Source: an uncultured Verrucomicrobiae bacterium
GTDB taxonomy: Bacteria; Verrucomicrobiota; Verrucomicrobiia; Chthoniobacterales; UBA10450
DNA: 64,000 nt
Direction: 5' to 3'
Assembly: GCA_963726745.1 (NCBI GenBank)
Contig: CAVSDR010000006.1
Span: 320,001 to 384,000, forward strand
Shown here piece after piece: positions 38,939 through 48,889 of the stretch. The notes beneath the pieces are model-generated. The model was not told the DNA's origin and searched no databases. It worked only from the letters and a program-made list of their open reading frames with translations. The position numbers and the translations under genes are program-made. How positions within the stretch are numbered: the first letter of the stretch is position 1; every line of letters begins with the position of its first letter.

Positions 38939-41250
38939 AGACCGAGCCTACGATCGAGATTATTCATCTGGAGGACAGCGCGCTCGACTTCGAGCTGGCG
39001 CAGGAGCAATTGCGCAGCGCCGGGCTGGAGGCGCACGTGGTGCGGGTGCAGACGGAGGCGGAACTTCGCGCGCAGTTGAAACGCCCCGAGGTCGACCTCG
39101 TCCTCGCGGACATGAAGTGTCCCGGCTGCGATGGCTTTCGCGCCCTCGCCCTGGTGCGCGAGGAACGTCCGGACGTTCCGTTCCTTTTCCTTTCGGGGAC
39201 GATGGATCACCGCGACGCGGTCGAATCGCTGAGCGCCGGCGTGACCGATTTCGTCTTTAAGCAACACCTCCCGCAGGTCGTGCCCGCGGTCCGGCGCGCG
39301 ATTCGTGAAGCGCGCGAACGCGCGGAGCTGCAGAAGGCGCGCGCGAACCTCAACGCCCAGGCCGAACTCCTCGACCTGGCGAACGACAGCATCATTCTCT
39401 GCGATTCCGGGGAGCGCATCACCTACTGGAATTGCGGCTCGCAACGCCTCTACGGCTGGACCCGCGCGGAAGCGGTCGGGCGGCCGGTGCACGAGCTCCT
39501 CCGAACCAGTTTTCCTCACGGCCAGGCCGAGGTTGAAAAAGCTCTCCGCCAGGAGTCGCACTGGGAAGGCGAGCTCGAACAGACCCGCCGCGATGGCACG
39601 CTCCTTTGCGTCGCGAGTCACTGGACGCTGAAGGCCGACAGCCACGAGTTCGCCCGGCTGCTGATCAACACCGACATCACCGCGCGCAAGAAGACCGAGG
39701 ATGCGCTGCGATATAGCGAAGAACGCTACCGGCGTTTCGTCGACGAAGATTTAACCGGCAACATCATCATTCGCAGTGATGGCCACATCGAGACCTGCAA
39801 CCCCGCGTTTCTCCGCATCTTCGGTTTCGCTTCCACCGAGGAGGCGCTCCAGACAAATTTCATGTCGCTCCTGCGCACCCGGCGCGACGCGGTCGACTTG
39901 ATGGAAAAGGTGCGCGAGCAACGCACGCTCGACCGCTATGAAATGGAGATGCGCCAGCCGAGCGGCGAAGCGGTTTACGCGATCTCGCGGCTCGTCGGCA
40001 GTTTCGATGCCGCGGGCGCACTGACCCACGTGCAGGTTTACCTGTTCAACGACACCAAGCGGAAGCGCCTCGAGCAACAGCTGGTGCAGGCGCAAAAGAT
40101 GGAAGGCCTGGGCACCCTCGCCGGCGGCATCGCGCACGACTTTAACAACATCCTCGCGATTATCCTCGGTTACACCACCCAGCTGGAAAAACGGGGCCCG
40201 ACCCAGCCGGAGCAAATCCCGGTGGCGACCAAGGTCATCCGTGAAGCGGTCGAGCGCGGCGCCGCCCTGGTGCAGCAGCTCCTCACCTCCGCCCGCCAGA
40301 CGGAATCGCGCCTGAGCGCAACCGACCTGAACGATCTGGTGCGTGAACTCGAGCGCATGCTCCGCGCCACTTTCCCGAAGACGATCGACTTTAAGCTCGA
40401 TCTCCTGCCGGACTTGCCGCTGGTCACGGCCGATCGCAGCCAGATCCACCAGGTGCTCCTGAACCTTTGCGTGAACGCGCGCGACGCCATGCCGCGCGGC
40501 GGCTCGGTCTCGCTCGAGACTTGCCTAACAAGTGGCCGCGAGCTGGAGAAATTCTTCACCGGCGCCGATGCCCCCAGCTACGCTTGCGTGCGCGTGCGCG
40601 ATACCGGCGCGGGCATGACCGCGGAAGTGAAGGCGCACATCTTCGAGCCCTTCTACACCACCAAGGAGCGGGCCAAGGGCACCGGCCTGGGCCTTTCCGT
40701 GGTCTACGGTGTGGTCAACAATCACCGCGGTTTCATCCAGGTGGAAAGCGAGCCGGGAGCCGGCACCACTTTCAGCATTTACCTCCCACTCGCCGGCGTG
40801 ACCGGCAAAAAAGACGAAGGCGACGCGGAGCGACAACGCGGCTCCTGGGAACCGCAGACGATCCTGATCGCGGAGGACGAGGAGATGCTGCGCGAACTTT
40901 GCTCGGAGATTCTCCAGGGCGAAGGCTACCGCGTGCTCGCGGCCAAGGATGGCGTGGAAGCGGTGGAAATTTTCGCCGCCAACCGCGACGCCATCGGCCT
41001 GGTGGTGTGCGATCTCGGGCTTCCGCGCCTGAGCGGGCACGATGTTTTCCGCCAGCTCAAGGAGATGAAGCCAAGCGTGCGCGCGCTCATCGTGAGCGGT
41101 TATCTCGAGCCGGCGCAGCGCTCGGAAATTCTCAAGGCCGGGGTGATCGACACCATCCAGAAGCCGTATGATTTCCGCGAGTTGGTCGCGAAGATCCAGT
41201 CGGTCATCGGCAAGGCGCAGAGCGACGACGATCACCCCCAGCTCTTCTAG
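38935..41250 (+). CDS. Hybrid sensor kinase REC-PAS-PAS-HisKA-HATPase-REC
   Basis: N-terminal receiver, two PAS domains, GGIAHDFNNIL, NARDAM, GTGLGL, C-terminal receiver. Confidence 0.9.
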   Translation: MKTEPTIEIIHLEDSALDFELAQEQLRSAGLEAHVVRVQTEAELRAQLKRPEVDLVLADMKCPGCDGFRALALVREERPDVPFLFLSGTMDHRDAVESLSAGVTDFVFKQHLPQVVPAVRRAIREARERAELQKARANLNAQAELLDLANDSIILCDSGERITYWNCGSQRLYGWTRAEAVGRPVHELLRTSFPHGQAEVEKALRQESHWEGELEQTRRDGTLLCVASHWTLKADSHEFARLLINTDITARKKTEDALRYSEERYRRFVDEDLTGNIIIRSDGHIETCNPAFLRIFGFASTEEALQTNFMSLLRTRRDAVDLMEKVREQRTLDRYEMEMRQPSGEAVYAISRLVGSFDAAGALTHVQVYLFNDTKRKRLEQQLVQAQKMEGLGTLAGGIAHDFNNILAIILGYTTQLEKRGPTQPEQIPVATKVIREAVERGAALVQQLLTSARQTESRLSATDLNDLVRELERMLRATFPKTIDFKLDLLPDLPLVTADRSQIHQVLLNLCVNARDAMPRGGSVSLETCLTSGRELEKFFTGADAPSYACVRVRDTGAGMTAEVKAHIFEPFYTTKERAKGTGLGLSVVYGVVNNHRGFIQVESEPGAGTTFSIYLPLAGVTGKKDEGDAERQRGSWEPQTILIAEDEEMLRELCSEILQGEGYRVLAAKDGVEAVEIFAANRDAIGLVVCDLGLPRLSGHDVFRQLKEMKPSVRALIVSGYLEPAQRSEILKAGVIDTIQKPYDFRELVAKIQSVIGKAQSDDDHPQLF

Positions 41251-41253
41251 TGC

Positions 41254-42138
41254 ATGGCGCCCGCAGGCAGGCCTGAGCATCGAATCTGGGCGCCGGGGCG
41301 CGTGGTTGCGATTGCCGGCACCACGTTCATTGAGCTCACCCGGCTGCGCGTTTTTCTCTTTCTCCTGCTCTTCGCGCTCCTGCTTATCGGCAGCTCGCTT
41401 TTCTTTGCCCGGCTCTCCTTCCAGCAGGAGTTCCAGCTCCTGAAAGACATCTCGTTAGGCGCGATGAGCCTGTTCACTTCGCTGCTCGCGATCCTCGCGA
41501 CCGCGCGCCTTCTGCCGCAGGATGTCGAGGAGCGCACCGTCTACACCATCCTGGCCAAGCCGGTGCCGCGCTGGGAGTATCTCGCTGGCAAACTTCTCGG
41601 CGTTCTCCTCCTGCTCGCGGTTGGCGTGCTCGTGATGGGTGCGTTTTTTGCCGTCGTCCTCTACGTGCGCGAGCACAGCGCGCTGGCTGAGATCGTCCGC
41701 GCGTCCCCGGCCGAGCAATTGGCGGCGCGTGCGGAAGTGCGCGCGGCCGCTTTCACCGCCGGTCTCCTTCCGGGCATCGCGATCATCTTTCTCAAAGGCG
41801 CGGTCCTCTCCGCGCTCACGCTTTTGCTTTCCACCTTCGCGACCTCGAACCTCTTCACCGTCGTGGCCGCGGTCTTCGTGTATTTCATCGGCCACCTGCA
41901 GGCGACCGCGCGGGAATTCTGGCTGCAGGAACAGGCAGCAGGATGGGGCGCGCGGATTTTCCTCGCCCTCGTGGCGCTGGTTTTCCCGGATCTGCAATCG
42001 TTCGACTTCGTCGACCAGGCGGTCTCCGGCGCCGCCATCTCGCTGTCTCTTTTCGCGCAAACCGCCGCGCTCGCCGGCTTCTACGTGGTCGTTTATTTTC
42101 TCTGCGCGATCGCTCTTTTCTCGGGAAAAGAATTGTGA
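41254..42138 (+). CDS. ABC-2-type permease (PilI-like)
   Basis: Six TM helices with EERTVYTILAKPVPRWEYLAGKLLG. Confidence 0.75.
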   Translation: MAPAGRPEHRIWAPGRVVAIAGTTFIELTRLRVFLFLLLFALLLIGSSLFFARLSFQQEFQLLKDISLGAMSLFTSLLAILATARLLPQDVEERTVYTILAKPVPRWEYLAGKLLGVLLLLAVGVLVMGAFFAVVLYVREHSALAEIVRASPAEQLAARAEVRAAAFTAGLLPGIAIIFLKGAVLSALTLLLSTFATSNLFTVVAAVFVYFIGHLQATAREFWLQEQAAGWGARIFLALVALVFPDLQSFDFVDQAVSGAAISLSLFAQTAALAGFYVVVYFLCAIALFSGKEL

Positions 42139-42893
42139 AACGCCTCGCGCTCGTGCTCCTGGGCCTGCTCCTTTTCGGGGCCGCGCGTCTGCCGGCGGAG
42201 CACGCGCTCTACCGCACGCGCGCGCAGGGCCAGTTGCTGGCCGCGCCGCTCGACCTCGACCTTCGCGAAGAACTCGGGCAACGCGGTTTTGTCGCCGCCT
42301 TCAGCGGCTTCCGCGCGCTCATCGCAGACGTGCTTTTCATCCAGGCATACTCGGCCTGGGAGCGGACGGATTGGACCCGCCTTTACCTGCTCATGCGCCA
42401 GGCCACCGCGCTGCAGCCGCACAATCTTCTCTTCTGGGACACGGCCGCGTGGCACCTCGCCTGGAACGCGAGCGCAGCCGCGCTGCACGCGCCCGGCCCG
42501 GCGACCCCGGCCGCGCGGCGGAAGACGCAGCGGGAATACATCGACCTCGGCCGCGAGTTCCTCGAGCGCGGCCTGCAGCACAATCCGCACAGCCCCCTGC
42601 TCCTCGAGGCCCTCGCCCGGCTCTACCGCGAGAAATATGGGAATCACGAGCGTGCCGCAGAGTTCTACCAAAAGGCCGCTGCGGAGCCCGGCGCGCCCAG
42701 CTATGTGCACCGTTTCGCCGCCTATGAACTTTCCTACGTGGAAGGCCAGGAGCCCGCGGCTTACACTCGGCTCCTGGAACTTTATCGCGCCGGGCCGCAG
42801 GAGCGGCTCCCGACCTTGATCCGACGGTTGAAATTTCTCGAAGAGCGGCTCAACATTCCGCCCAGCGAACGCATTGCCGACGAGCTGCCCTAA
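42135..42893 (+). CDS. Membrane-anchored TPR-like protein (PilG/XapA-like)
   Basis: GTG start overlapping the permease stop, N-terminal anchor, helical repeats (FLERGLQHNP). Confidence 0.6.
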   Translation: MKRLALVLLGLLLFGAARLPAEHALYRTRAQGQLLAAPLDLDLREELGQRGFVAAFSGFRALIADVLFIQAYSAWERTDWTRLYLLMRQATALQPHNLLFWDTAAWHLAWNASAAALHAPGPATPAARRKTQREYIDLGREFLERGLQHNPHSPLLLEALARLYREKYGNHERAAEFYQKAAAEPGAPSYVHRFAAYELSYVEGQEPAAYTRLLELYRAGPQERLPTLIRRLKFLEERLNIPPSERIADELP

Positions 42894-42901
42894 CCTACGC
42901 C

Positions 42902-43624
42902 ATGCGCTTTGCCATTTTCAGCGACCTCCACGCCAACCTCGAAGCGACCGAGGCGATCCTGGCCGACGCGCAGGCGAACGAATGCACGCACTACGTCTGC
43001 CTGGGTGATCTCGTCGGCTATAACGCGAACCCGCACGAGTGCATCGAGCTGGTGCGCGCGCTCGATTGCCCGGTGGTCAAAGGCAACCACGATGAACAAG
43101 CCGCGCTCGGCGAATCCTCGCGCGACTTCAACGAGCTGGCCGAACGCGCGATCAACTGGACCCGGGAACACCTGACCGCAGAAGACAAGGAGTGGCTCGC
43201 GGCCCTGCGCATGAGCCGGCAGGTGCGCGACTTCACCGTCGTCCATGCCACCCTCGATACCCCTAACGAGTGGGGCTACGTCTTCAACAATCTCGACGCC
43301 GTCGCCAGCTTCACCTACCAGCACACTGATCTCTGCTTTTTCGGCCACACGCATGTGGCCGGCGCCTTTGTCCGCGACGGTGGAGTCAAACGGATCACGA
43401 CCGAGCATCTGCTCATCGAGCAGGGCAAGAAATACTTCATCAACGTCGGCAGCGTCGGCCAGCCACGCGATGGCGACCCGCGCGCGGCCTACTGCATTTA
43501 CCACCCGGACCGTGCGGTCGTGGAACAACGCCGGATCGTTTACGATCTGCCCGCGACCCAGCGCAAAATCATCGACGCCGGCCTGCCGCGGCTGCTCGCG
43601 GAGCGCCTGGAACTCGGGCGCTAG
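42902..43624 (+). CDS. Metallophosphoesterase (calcineurin-like)
   Basis: SDLHAN, LGDLVGY, GNHD, GHTH, NVGSVGQPRDG. Confidence 0.9.
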   Translation: MRFAIFSDLHANLEATEAILADAQANECTHYVCLGDLVGYNANPHECIELVRALDCPVVKGNHDEQAALGESSRDFNELAERAINWTREHLTAEDKEWLAALRMSRQVRDFTVVHATLDTPNEWGYVFNNLDAVASFTYQHTDLCFFGHTHVAGAFVRDGGVKRITTEHLLIEQGKKYFINVGSVGQPRDGDPRAAYCIYHPDRAVVEQRRIVYDLPATQRKIIDAGLPRLLAERLELGR

Positions 43625-43650
43625 CACTCGCTCGTCGCGGCGCCTTTCCC

Positions 43651-44625
43651 GTGAAATCCCGCCGCCGTTCGATCCTGATCATCAAGCCGAGTTCGCTTGG
43701 CGACGTGGTTCACACCCTCCCGGCGGTGGCCGCGATCCGCGAGGCGAATCCCGACGCCGAGATCACCTGGGTGATCAATCCCGAGTGGGCCCCGATCCTG
43801 CGCGGCAACCCCGACGTTGATCACGTGCACCTCTTTCCGCGCGGGGAATTCCGCGGGCTCGGCGCGCCTGCCAGCCTGCGCCTCTTCCTGCAACGCACCC
43901 GCGCCCTCCGGCCGGATGTCGCGATCGATTTCCAGGGTCTTCTCCGCAGTGCCTTGATTGCAAAAGCCAGCCGCGCCGGGGAGATCTATGGCCTCAGCGA
44001 TGCCCGCGAAGGCTCGCGCTTTTTCTACAATCACGTCGCCCCAGTGAACCGTCGCGAGCATGCGGTCGAGCGTTACCTCAAGCTCGCGGAGACGGCCGGC
44101 GCGCGCATTCCGGAGACGCTCCGCTGCCCCTTGCCCACGGGCGATCCGCTCCCGCGCTTCGACGAGTATCCGCCTTTCGTCCTGCTCCATCCCTACGCAC
44201 GCGGGCGGCGGAAATCGATCTCGTTAGGCGCGGTCGCGCAGTTCTGCGCGGCTTTTGCGCCCGCGCGCGTAGTCGTCGTCGGCCGCTCGCGAGCGCGCTT
44301 CCGACCGCCGGATAATTGCGTTGACCTAACGAATCAAACCACCCTCCTGGAATTGATCCGCCTGGTGCGCGCGGCCGCCTTCACCATCAGCGTCGACAGC
44401 GGCCCAATGCACATCGCCGCGGCGGTGACCGACCGGTTGGTTTCGATCCACACCTGGAGCGACCCGCGCCGCGTGGGCCCGTATAATCCCGACGCCACCG
44501 TCTGGAAGAACGGACAGCTCCTGCGAGTCGCCGAGCTGGAAACAGCCGGCAAGCTCAAGAGCCGGCGCTTTCGCAGCGCCGACGTCGCGACAGTTGCAAA
44601 CTTCGTCCTCGCCTCGATGAAGTAG
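43651..44625 (+). CDS. Glycosyltransferase family 9 (LPS heptosyltransferase-like)
   Basis: IIKPSSLGDVVHTLP, IDFQGLLRS, VDSGPMHIAAA. Confidence 0.88.
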   Translation: MKSRRRSILIIKPSSLGDVVHTLPAVAAIREANPDAEITWVINPEWAPILRGNPDVDHVHLFPRGEFRGLGAPASLRLFLQRTRALRPDVAIDFQGLLRSALIAKASRAGEIYGLSDAREGSRFFYNHVAPVNRREHAVERYLKLAETAGARIPETLRCPLPTGDPLPRFDEYPPFVLLHPYARGRRKSISLGAVAQFCAAFAPARVVVVGRSRARFRPPDNCVDLTNQTTLLELIRLVRAAAFTISVDSGPMHIAAAVTDRLVSIHTWSDPRRVGPYNPDATVWKNGQLLRVAELETAGKLKSRRFRSADVATVANFVLASMK

Positions 44626-44629
44626 CTGG

Positions 44630-45761
44630 ATGTTTCTTCGCCGGCTCGCCTTCGCTCTCGTTCTTTTTTTCGTCTCCGCCTCGGTGCGCGCGGAGTTCCG
44701 CGGCGCCTGGGTGGCGACGGTGCACAACCTCGACTGGCCCTCGCGTCCCGGCCTTTCCGCAGCCGCGCAGCAGGCGGAATTGCGCGCCATTCTCGACCGC
44801 GCCCGCAGCTTGAAGTTGTCGGCTATTTTATTCCAAGTCCGGCCGATGAGCGACGCGCTTTACGCGTCCGAGACGGAGCCGTGGTCGCAATTTCTCACCG
44901 GGAAACAAGGCCAGTCGCCCGGCTACGATCCGCTCGCCTTCGCCATCCGCGAAGCGCACGCGCGCGGCCTCGAACTCCATGCCTGGATCAATCCCTTTCG
45001 CGCCGCTTCGAACGCCAGGGCCACGCTTTCGGCGCAACACGTCGCCCGGCGCCATCCGGAGTGGGTCCGGCGCTACGGCGCGCAGCTTTGGCTCGATCCC
45101 GGCGAGCCGGCGGCGCGCGCTTACGTGCTCGGAATTTTCGAGGACATCGTGCGGCGCTACGACCTCGATGGCGTTCATATCGACGACTATTTCTACCCGT
45201 ATCCGCTCAAGGGCGGCGCGGCTTTTCCCGACGACGCGAGCTGGCAGCGCTTTGGCCTAACGAGCGGATTGTCGCGCGCCGATTGGCGCCGGGAAAACAT
45301 CAACGACTTCGTGCGCTCGATGTATCGCCGGGTGAAAACACTCAAGCCGGGCGTGCTTGTTGGCATTAGCCCTTTCGGCATCTGGCGACCCGGCGTGCCG
45401 GCGGGAACGACCGCGCAACTCGACCCGTTCGCGCACCTGTTTGCCGACTCCCGCAAATGGCTCGCGGAGGGCTGGTGCGACTACCTCGCGCCGCAGCTCT
45501 ATTGGAATATCGAGGGCGAACAAAGCTTTCCGCTCCTGCTTGATTGGTGGCGCGAGCAAAGCCCTGGCAAACCGGTCTGGCCGGGGCTGGCAGTGGATCG
45601 CATCGGGCGCACGCGCCCGTGCACAGGAGATCGCAGCCCAAATTCGGCTGAGCCGCCGAGGGACCGAGCGCCCGGGGCACATCTTCTGGAACATGAAGGC
45701 GCTTATGCAAAATCGCGGCGGGATCGCCGATCTCCTGCGCGCCGAGGTTTACGCCGACTGA
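44630..45761 (+). CDS. YddW/DigH-like glycoside hydrolase (GHL10 domain); apparent frameshift near 45620
   Basis: EFRGAWVATV, FQVRP, ELHAWINPFR, DGVHIDDYFYPY, GISPFGIW, DYLAPQLYW. Confidence 0.85.
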
Positions 45762-46427
45762 CGCGCCTGCAACAGAAGCTCCGCCAGGGCGAGATCGGCC
45801 GGCCAGGTGATTTTCAAATTACACTGGTCGTTAGGCACGAGGAGGACGGGATGGCCGAGGGCCTCAAGCGCGGAGACTTCGTCGGTGATCGTGAGCCCGC
45901 GAGCGCGCACCGTTTCGTAGGCGCGCAGGAGGAGCGCGCGCTCGAAGATTTGCGGCGTCTCCATCGCGAAGACGCCTTCGCGCGAGATGCTTTCGCGCAC
46001 GAAATGCTCCGCGTTGACCCGCTTTAAAGTATCGCTCACCGGCGCCGCCAACGCAGCCGCGCCGTGCGCGCGTGCCGCGGCGTAGACCCGCTCGATCGCC
46101 TCCGGCCTAACGAGCGGTCGCGCGGCGTCCTGCACGGCCACGTAAGTGATCTCGCTGTCTAATTTCGTCCAGGCCACGCGCGACTGAGTCCTGCCGTTGC
46201 GCTCCGCCCGGCACGACTGCGCGCACTTTCGCAAAGCGCGTCGCCAGTTGCTCCAATTCCGCGATCGTTTCCGCGCGGCCGACGAGGATGATTTCCGCGA
46301 CCGAGGCCGTCGCCTCGAAAGCGGCGATGGTGTGGGCAATGACCGGCTGTCCTGCGAGCGGGGCAAAGGTCTTGTCGAAACCCATCCGCTGGCTGCTGCC
46401 ACCGGCGACGATGATCGCCGCGAGCAT
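45749..46427 (-). CDS. ispD: 2-C-methyl-D-erythritol 4-phosphate cytidylyltransferase; apparent frameshift near 46165
   Basis: AGGSSQRMG, GGAQRQDSV, then DAARPL, ETPQIF and NLKIT in a second frame. Confidence 0.88.
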
Positions 46428-46879
46428 CAGCCCAACTGCCGCTGCACTTCCTGGCTAAGCGTCTTCCCATCCGCGCGCCCGGCGACTTTCGGCTGCAGCT
46501 CTTTCATGACCGCGCCCATCTGTGCGCGCGAGGTCGCGCCCACTTCCGCGATCGTCTCGCGCACGATTTTAGCCAGCTCCTCGGCGTCCATCGCCTGCGG
46601 CAGATAAGTCGACAAGAGGGCGAGTTCTTCCTGCTCTTTCGCGGCCAGCTCGGGCCGGCCGCCTTTCTCAAATTGCTCGATCGAATCCTGCCGCTGCTTC
46701 ACCTGTTTGCGGATCACCTGGCTCGCCTCGGTGTCGTCCAGCTCCGCGGCAGCGCCGCCTTTTTCGATCGCGGCATTCTTGATCGCGGACTTGAGCATGC
46801 GCAGGACGGCGAGCTTGCCGGCATCCTTTGCGCGCATCGCATCCTTCAAATCGGCATCGATCCGCTGCGGAAGATTCAT
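46427..46879 (-). CDS. GatB/YqeY domain protein
   Basis: DLKDAMRAKD, KQRQDSIEQF, YLPQ, MGAVMK, GRADG. Confidence 0.9.
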   Translation of the reverse strand: MNLPQRIDADLKDAMRAKDAGKLAVLRMLKSAIKNAAIEKGGAAAELDDTEASQVIRKQVKQRQDSIEQFEKGGRPELAAKEQEELALLSTYLPQAMDAEELAKIVRETIAEVGATSRAQMGAVMKELQPKVAGRADGKTLSQEVQRQLG

Positions 46880-46914
46880 GGCCGGAGATTACACCGCGCG
46901 CTGGTGACGTCCAG

Positions 46915-47823
46915 CTAGCGCCCCACGCCGAAGAAGGCGTCGAGCGCGCGGGTGCCGAGCGCTTTCCAGATCTTGATCACTTCGTAGACGATCACGGTGG
47001 TGAAGCTGACCGCCATCCAGACGCACGGCTCCTCGACCGGGAGATTCGACCAGGCGCCGATGCGCAGGCCGATGATCGCTTCGTCGCGAAAACCCCACCA
47101 CCCGTTAGGCAGCGCGAGCGTTACTTCCCAGAGCAGGCTAATGAGGAGCAGGAGGAAGAAGGTAAAACTGAAGGCGCGCCAGTTGATGAAACGCTGCGCG
47201 GTCCTAAAGAAACCGGCCGAGGGAATGAGCGAAGCGCAGCAGAGATAAACGAAATACCAGGGAAAGCCGCCGGGCATGCCGGAGAAATATTTCCGGTAAA
47301 TCACCGCGGCCGCGATCAAGCCCGCGCCCAGCACCACGGAAGCGAAATGAAAGCGCACGATCCGCGGCAGGCCCTGCACTTCGGCCTGGTAGTCGGGCAC
47401 GTTGTAGGCCGCCAGCCAGTATTCGTCGCACCAGACGTAGCTCAGCAGAGTGAGGATGAAGCCCGTGAGGTAGAAGACAAATTCCTCCAGCGGAATGACG
47501 CCGCCGAGCGCCGGGACATTGAGCCCGAGAGTGGCTTGCTCGTTAGGGAAAACGAAGAAGGCGCGCCCAAAAAGGAGATCGAGCAAAAAGCCGAGCGGCG
47601 CGAGCACCGCGATCGTGCGCCAGAAGGCTTTGCGGGGAAATTGCAGATCGGGCCGGCGGAAAAACCACCAAGCCAGCCCGGCGATCGGGACCAGGAAAAG
47701 CAGCAAGCTCCAGGTGTAACCGAAGCGCCCGCGTTGCGTGAGCGCGACTGCCGCGGGCAAGACGAGCAAAAGCGCAATCGCACCGACGACTTGCGACGCC
47801 TCCCGCGGATGCCGCTCTTCCAT
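46915..47823 (-). CDS. Integral membrane protein with two lycopene-cyclase-like (CrtYc/Yd-type) repeats
   Basis: Two homologous halves ending LG...IPLEEFVFY and IG...LPVEEPCVW. Confidence 0.6.
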   Translation of the reverse strand: MEERHPREASQVVGAIALLLVLPAAVALTQRGRFGYTWSLLLFLVPIAGLAWWFFRRPDLQFPRKAFWRTIAVLAPLGFLLDLLFGRAFFVFPNEQATLGLNVPALGGVIPLEEFVFYLTGFILTLLSYVWCDEYWLAAYNVPDYQAEVQGLPRIVRFHFASVVLGAGLIAAAVIYRKYFSGMPGGFPWYFVYLCCASLIPSAGFFRTAQRFINWRAFSFTFFLLLLISLLWEVTLALPNGWWGFRDEAIIGLRIGAWSNLPVEEPCVWMAVSFTTVIVYEVIKIWKALGTRALDAFFGVGR

Positions 47824-47835
47824 GTTGCTGTCTAA

Positions 47836-48771
47836 TTAATGGAGGGCACGCAGGCGCTCCGCGGCAGCAGCCACGCTGCCCGGATCGCTCACGCTGATCA
47901 CTTCCGCACCCTTGCGGATGCGTTGCACCAGGCCGGCGAGGACGCCGCCCGGTCCCAGCTCGACGAATAATTCGCAGCCGCGCGCCAGCAGCGCCTCCAC
48001 GCAATCGGTCCAGCGAACGGTTCCCGTGATTTGGTCCTGCAGGGTTTGGCGGATCTCCGGGAGGGTATCGACGACCGCGCCAGTGACGTTGCTCACCACC
48101 GGGAACCGCGGGCCCTTGAGGTCCGCCGCGGCGAGAGCTTCGCCCATTTGCAGGAAGGCGCTGTTCATCAGGCGCGAGTGGTAGGCGCCGGCGACGTTCA
48201 GGAGAGTCGCGCGTCGGACGCCGTGTTCCTTGGCTAACGAGACCGCCATCTCGACCTTGGAGACTTCGCCCGAGACGACGATCTGGCCGGGGGCGTTGAG
48301 ATTGGCCACGTCCACATCGGTGGCGGAAGCGAGCGCGCGGACCGCGCTTTCGTCAGCGCCGATCATGGCCGCCATCGCGCCGGCGGTGGCCTCGCAGGCG
48401 GTTTCCATGAAACGCCCACGCTGCTCCACCAGGCGCAGCCCGGTGGCAAAATCGAACGTCTCCGCGGCGGCGTGCGCGGTCCACTCGCCGAGCGAGAGCC
48501 CGGCGGCCGCTTCCACCGTGAGCGCGCCCACTTCCTGCCGGAGCGCGGCCAGGCAAGCCAAACCGTGCACATAGAGCGCCGGCTGGCAGTTCGCGGTGCG
48601 GGTGAGTTCCTCCAGAGGACCTTCAAAAGCGAGTTGGCTCAGCGGCCGGCCCAGGACTTCGTCGCCAAAGGCGAAAAGCTGCGCGGCCACCGGGTAAGCT
48701 GCCGCCAGCGCTTTTCCCATCCCGACGGCCTGGGCGCCTTGCCCGGCGAACAGCAGCGCGATCTTTTGCAT
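47836..48771 (-). CDS. fabD: Malonyl-CoA:ACP transacylase
   Basis: FAGQGAQ, GLSLGE, AGAYHS, ELGPG. Confidence 0.93.
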   Translation of the reverse strand: MQKIALLFAGQGAQAVGMGKALAAAYPVAAQLFAFGDEVLGRPLSQLAFEGPLEELTRTANCQPALYVHGLACLAALRQEVGALTVEAAAGLSLGEWTAHAAAETFDFATGLRLVEQRGRFMETACEATAGAMAAMIGADESAVRALASATDVDVANLNAPGQIVVSGEVSKVEMAVSLAKEHGVRRATLLNVAGAYHSRLMNSAFLQMGEALAAADLKGPRFPVVSNVTGAVVDTLPEIRQTLQDQITGTVRWTDCVEALLARGCELFVELGPGGVLAGLVQRIRKGAEVISVSDPGSVAAAAERLRALH

Positions 48772-48889
48772 CTTCTCCCCCTAGCCGGAAAAAGCCGGGC
48801 CGGCGAGTTCGAATCGAACCGCGAAAAAGTCGTGCGCGAACTTGCGGAATAAACTTGGCGTCGGATGACAGACTTGTCAGCATCGGCGC

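Noticed and set aside
37094..41250. Two adjacent sensor kinases as a novel system
   Set aside because: CHASE3-GAF kinase plus REC-PAS hybrid kinase is a common arrangement.
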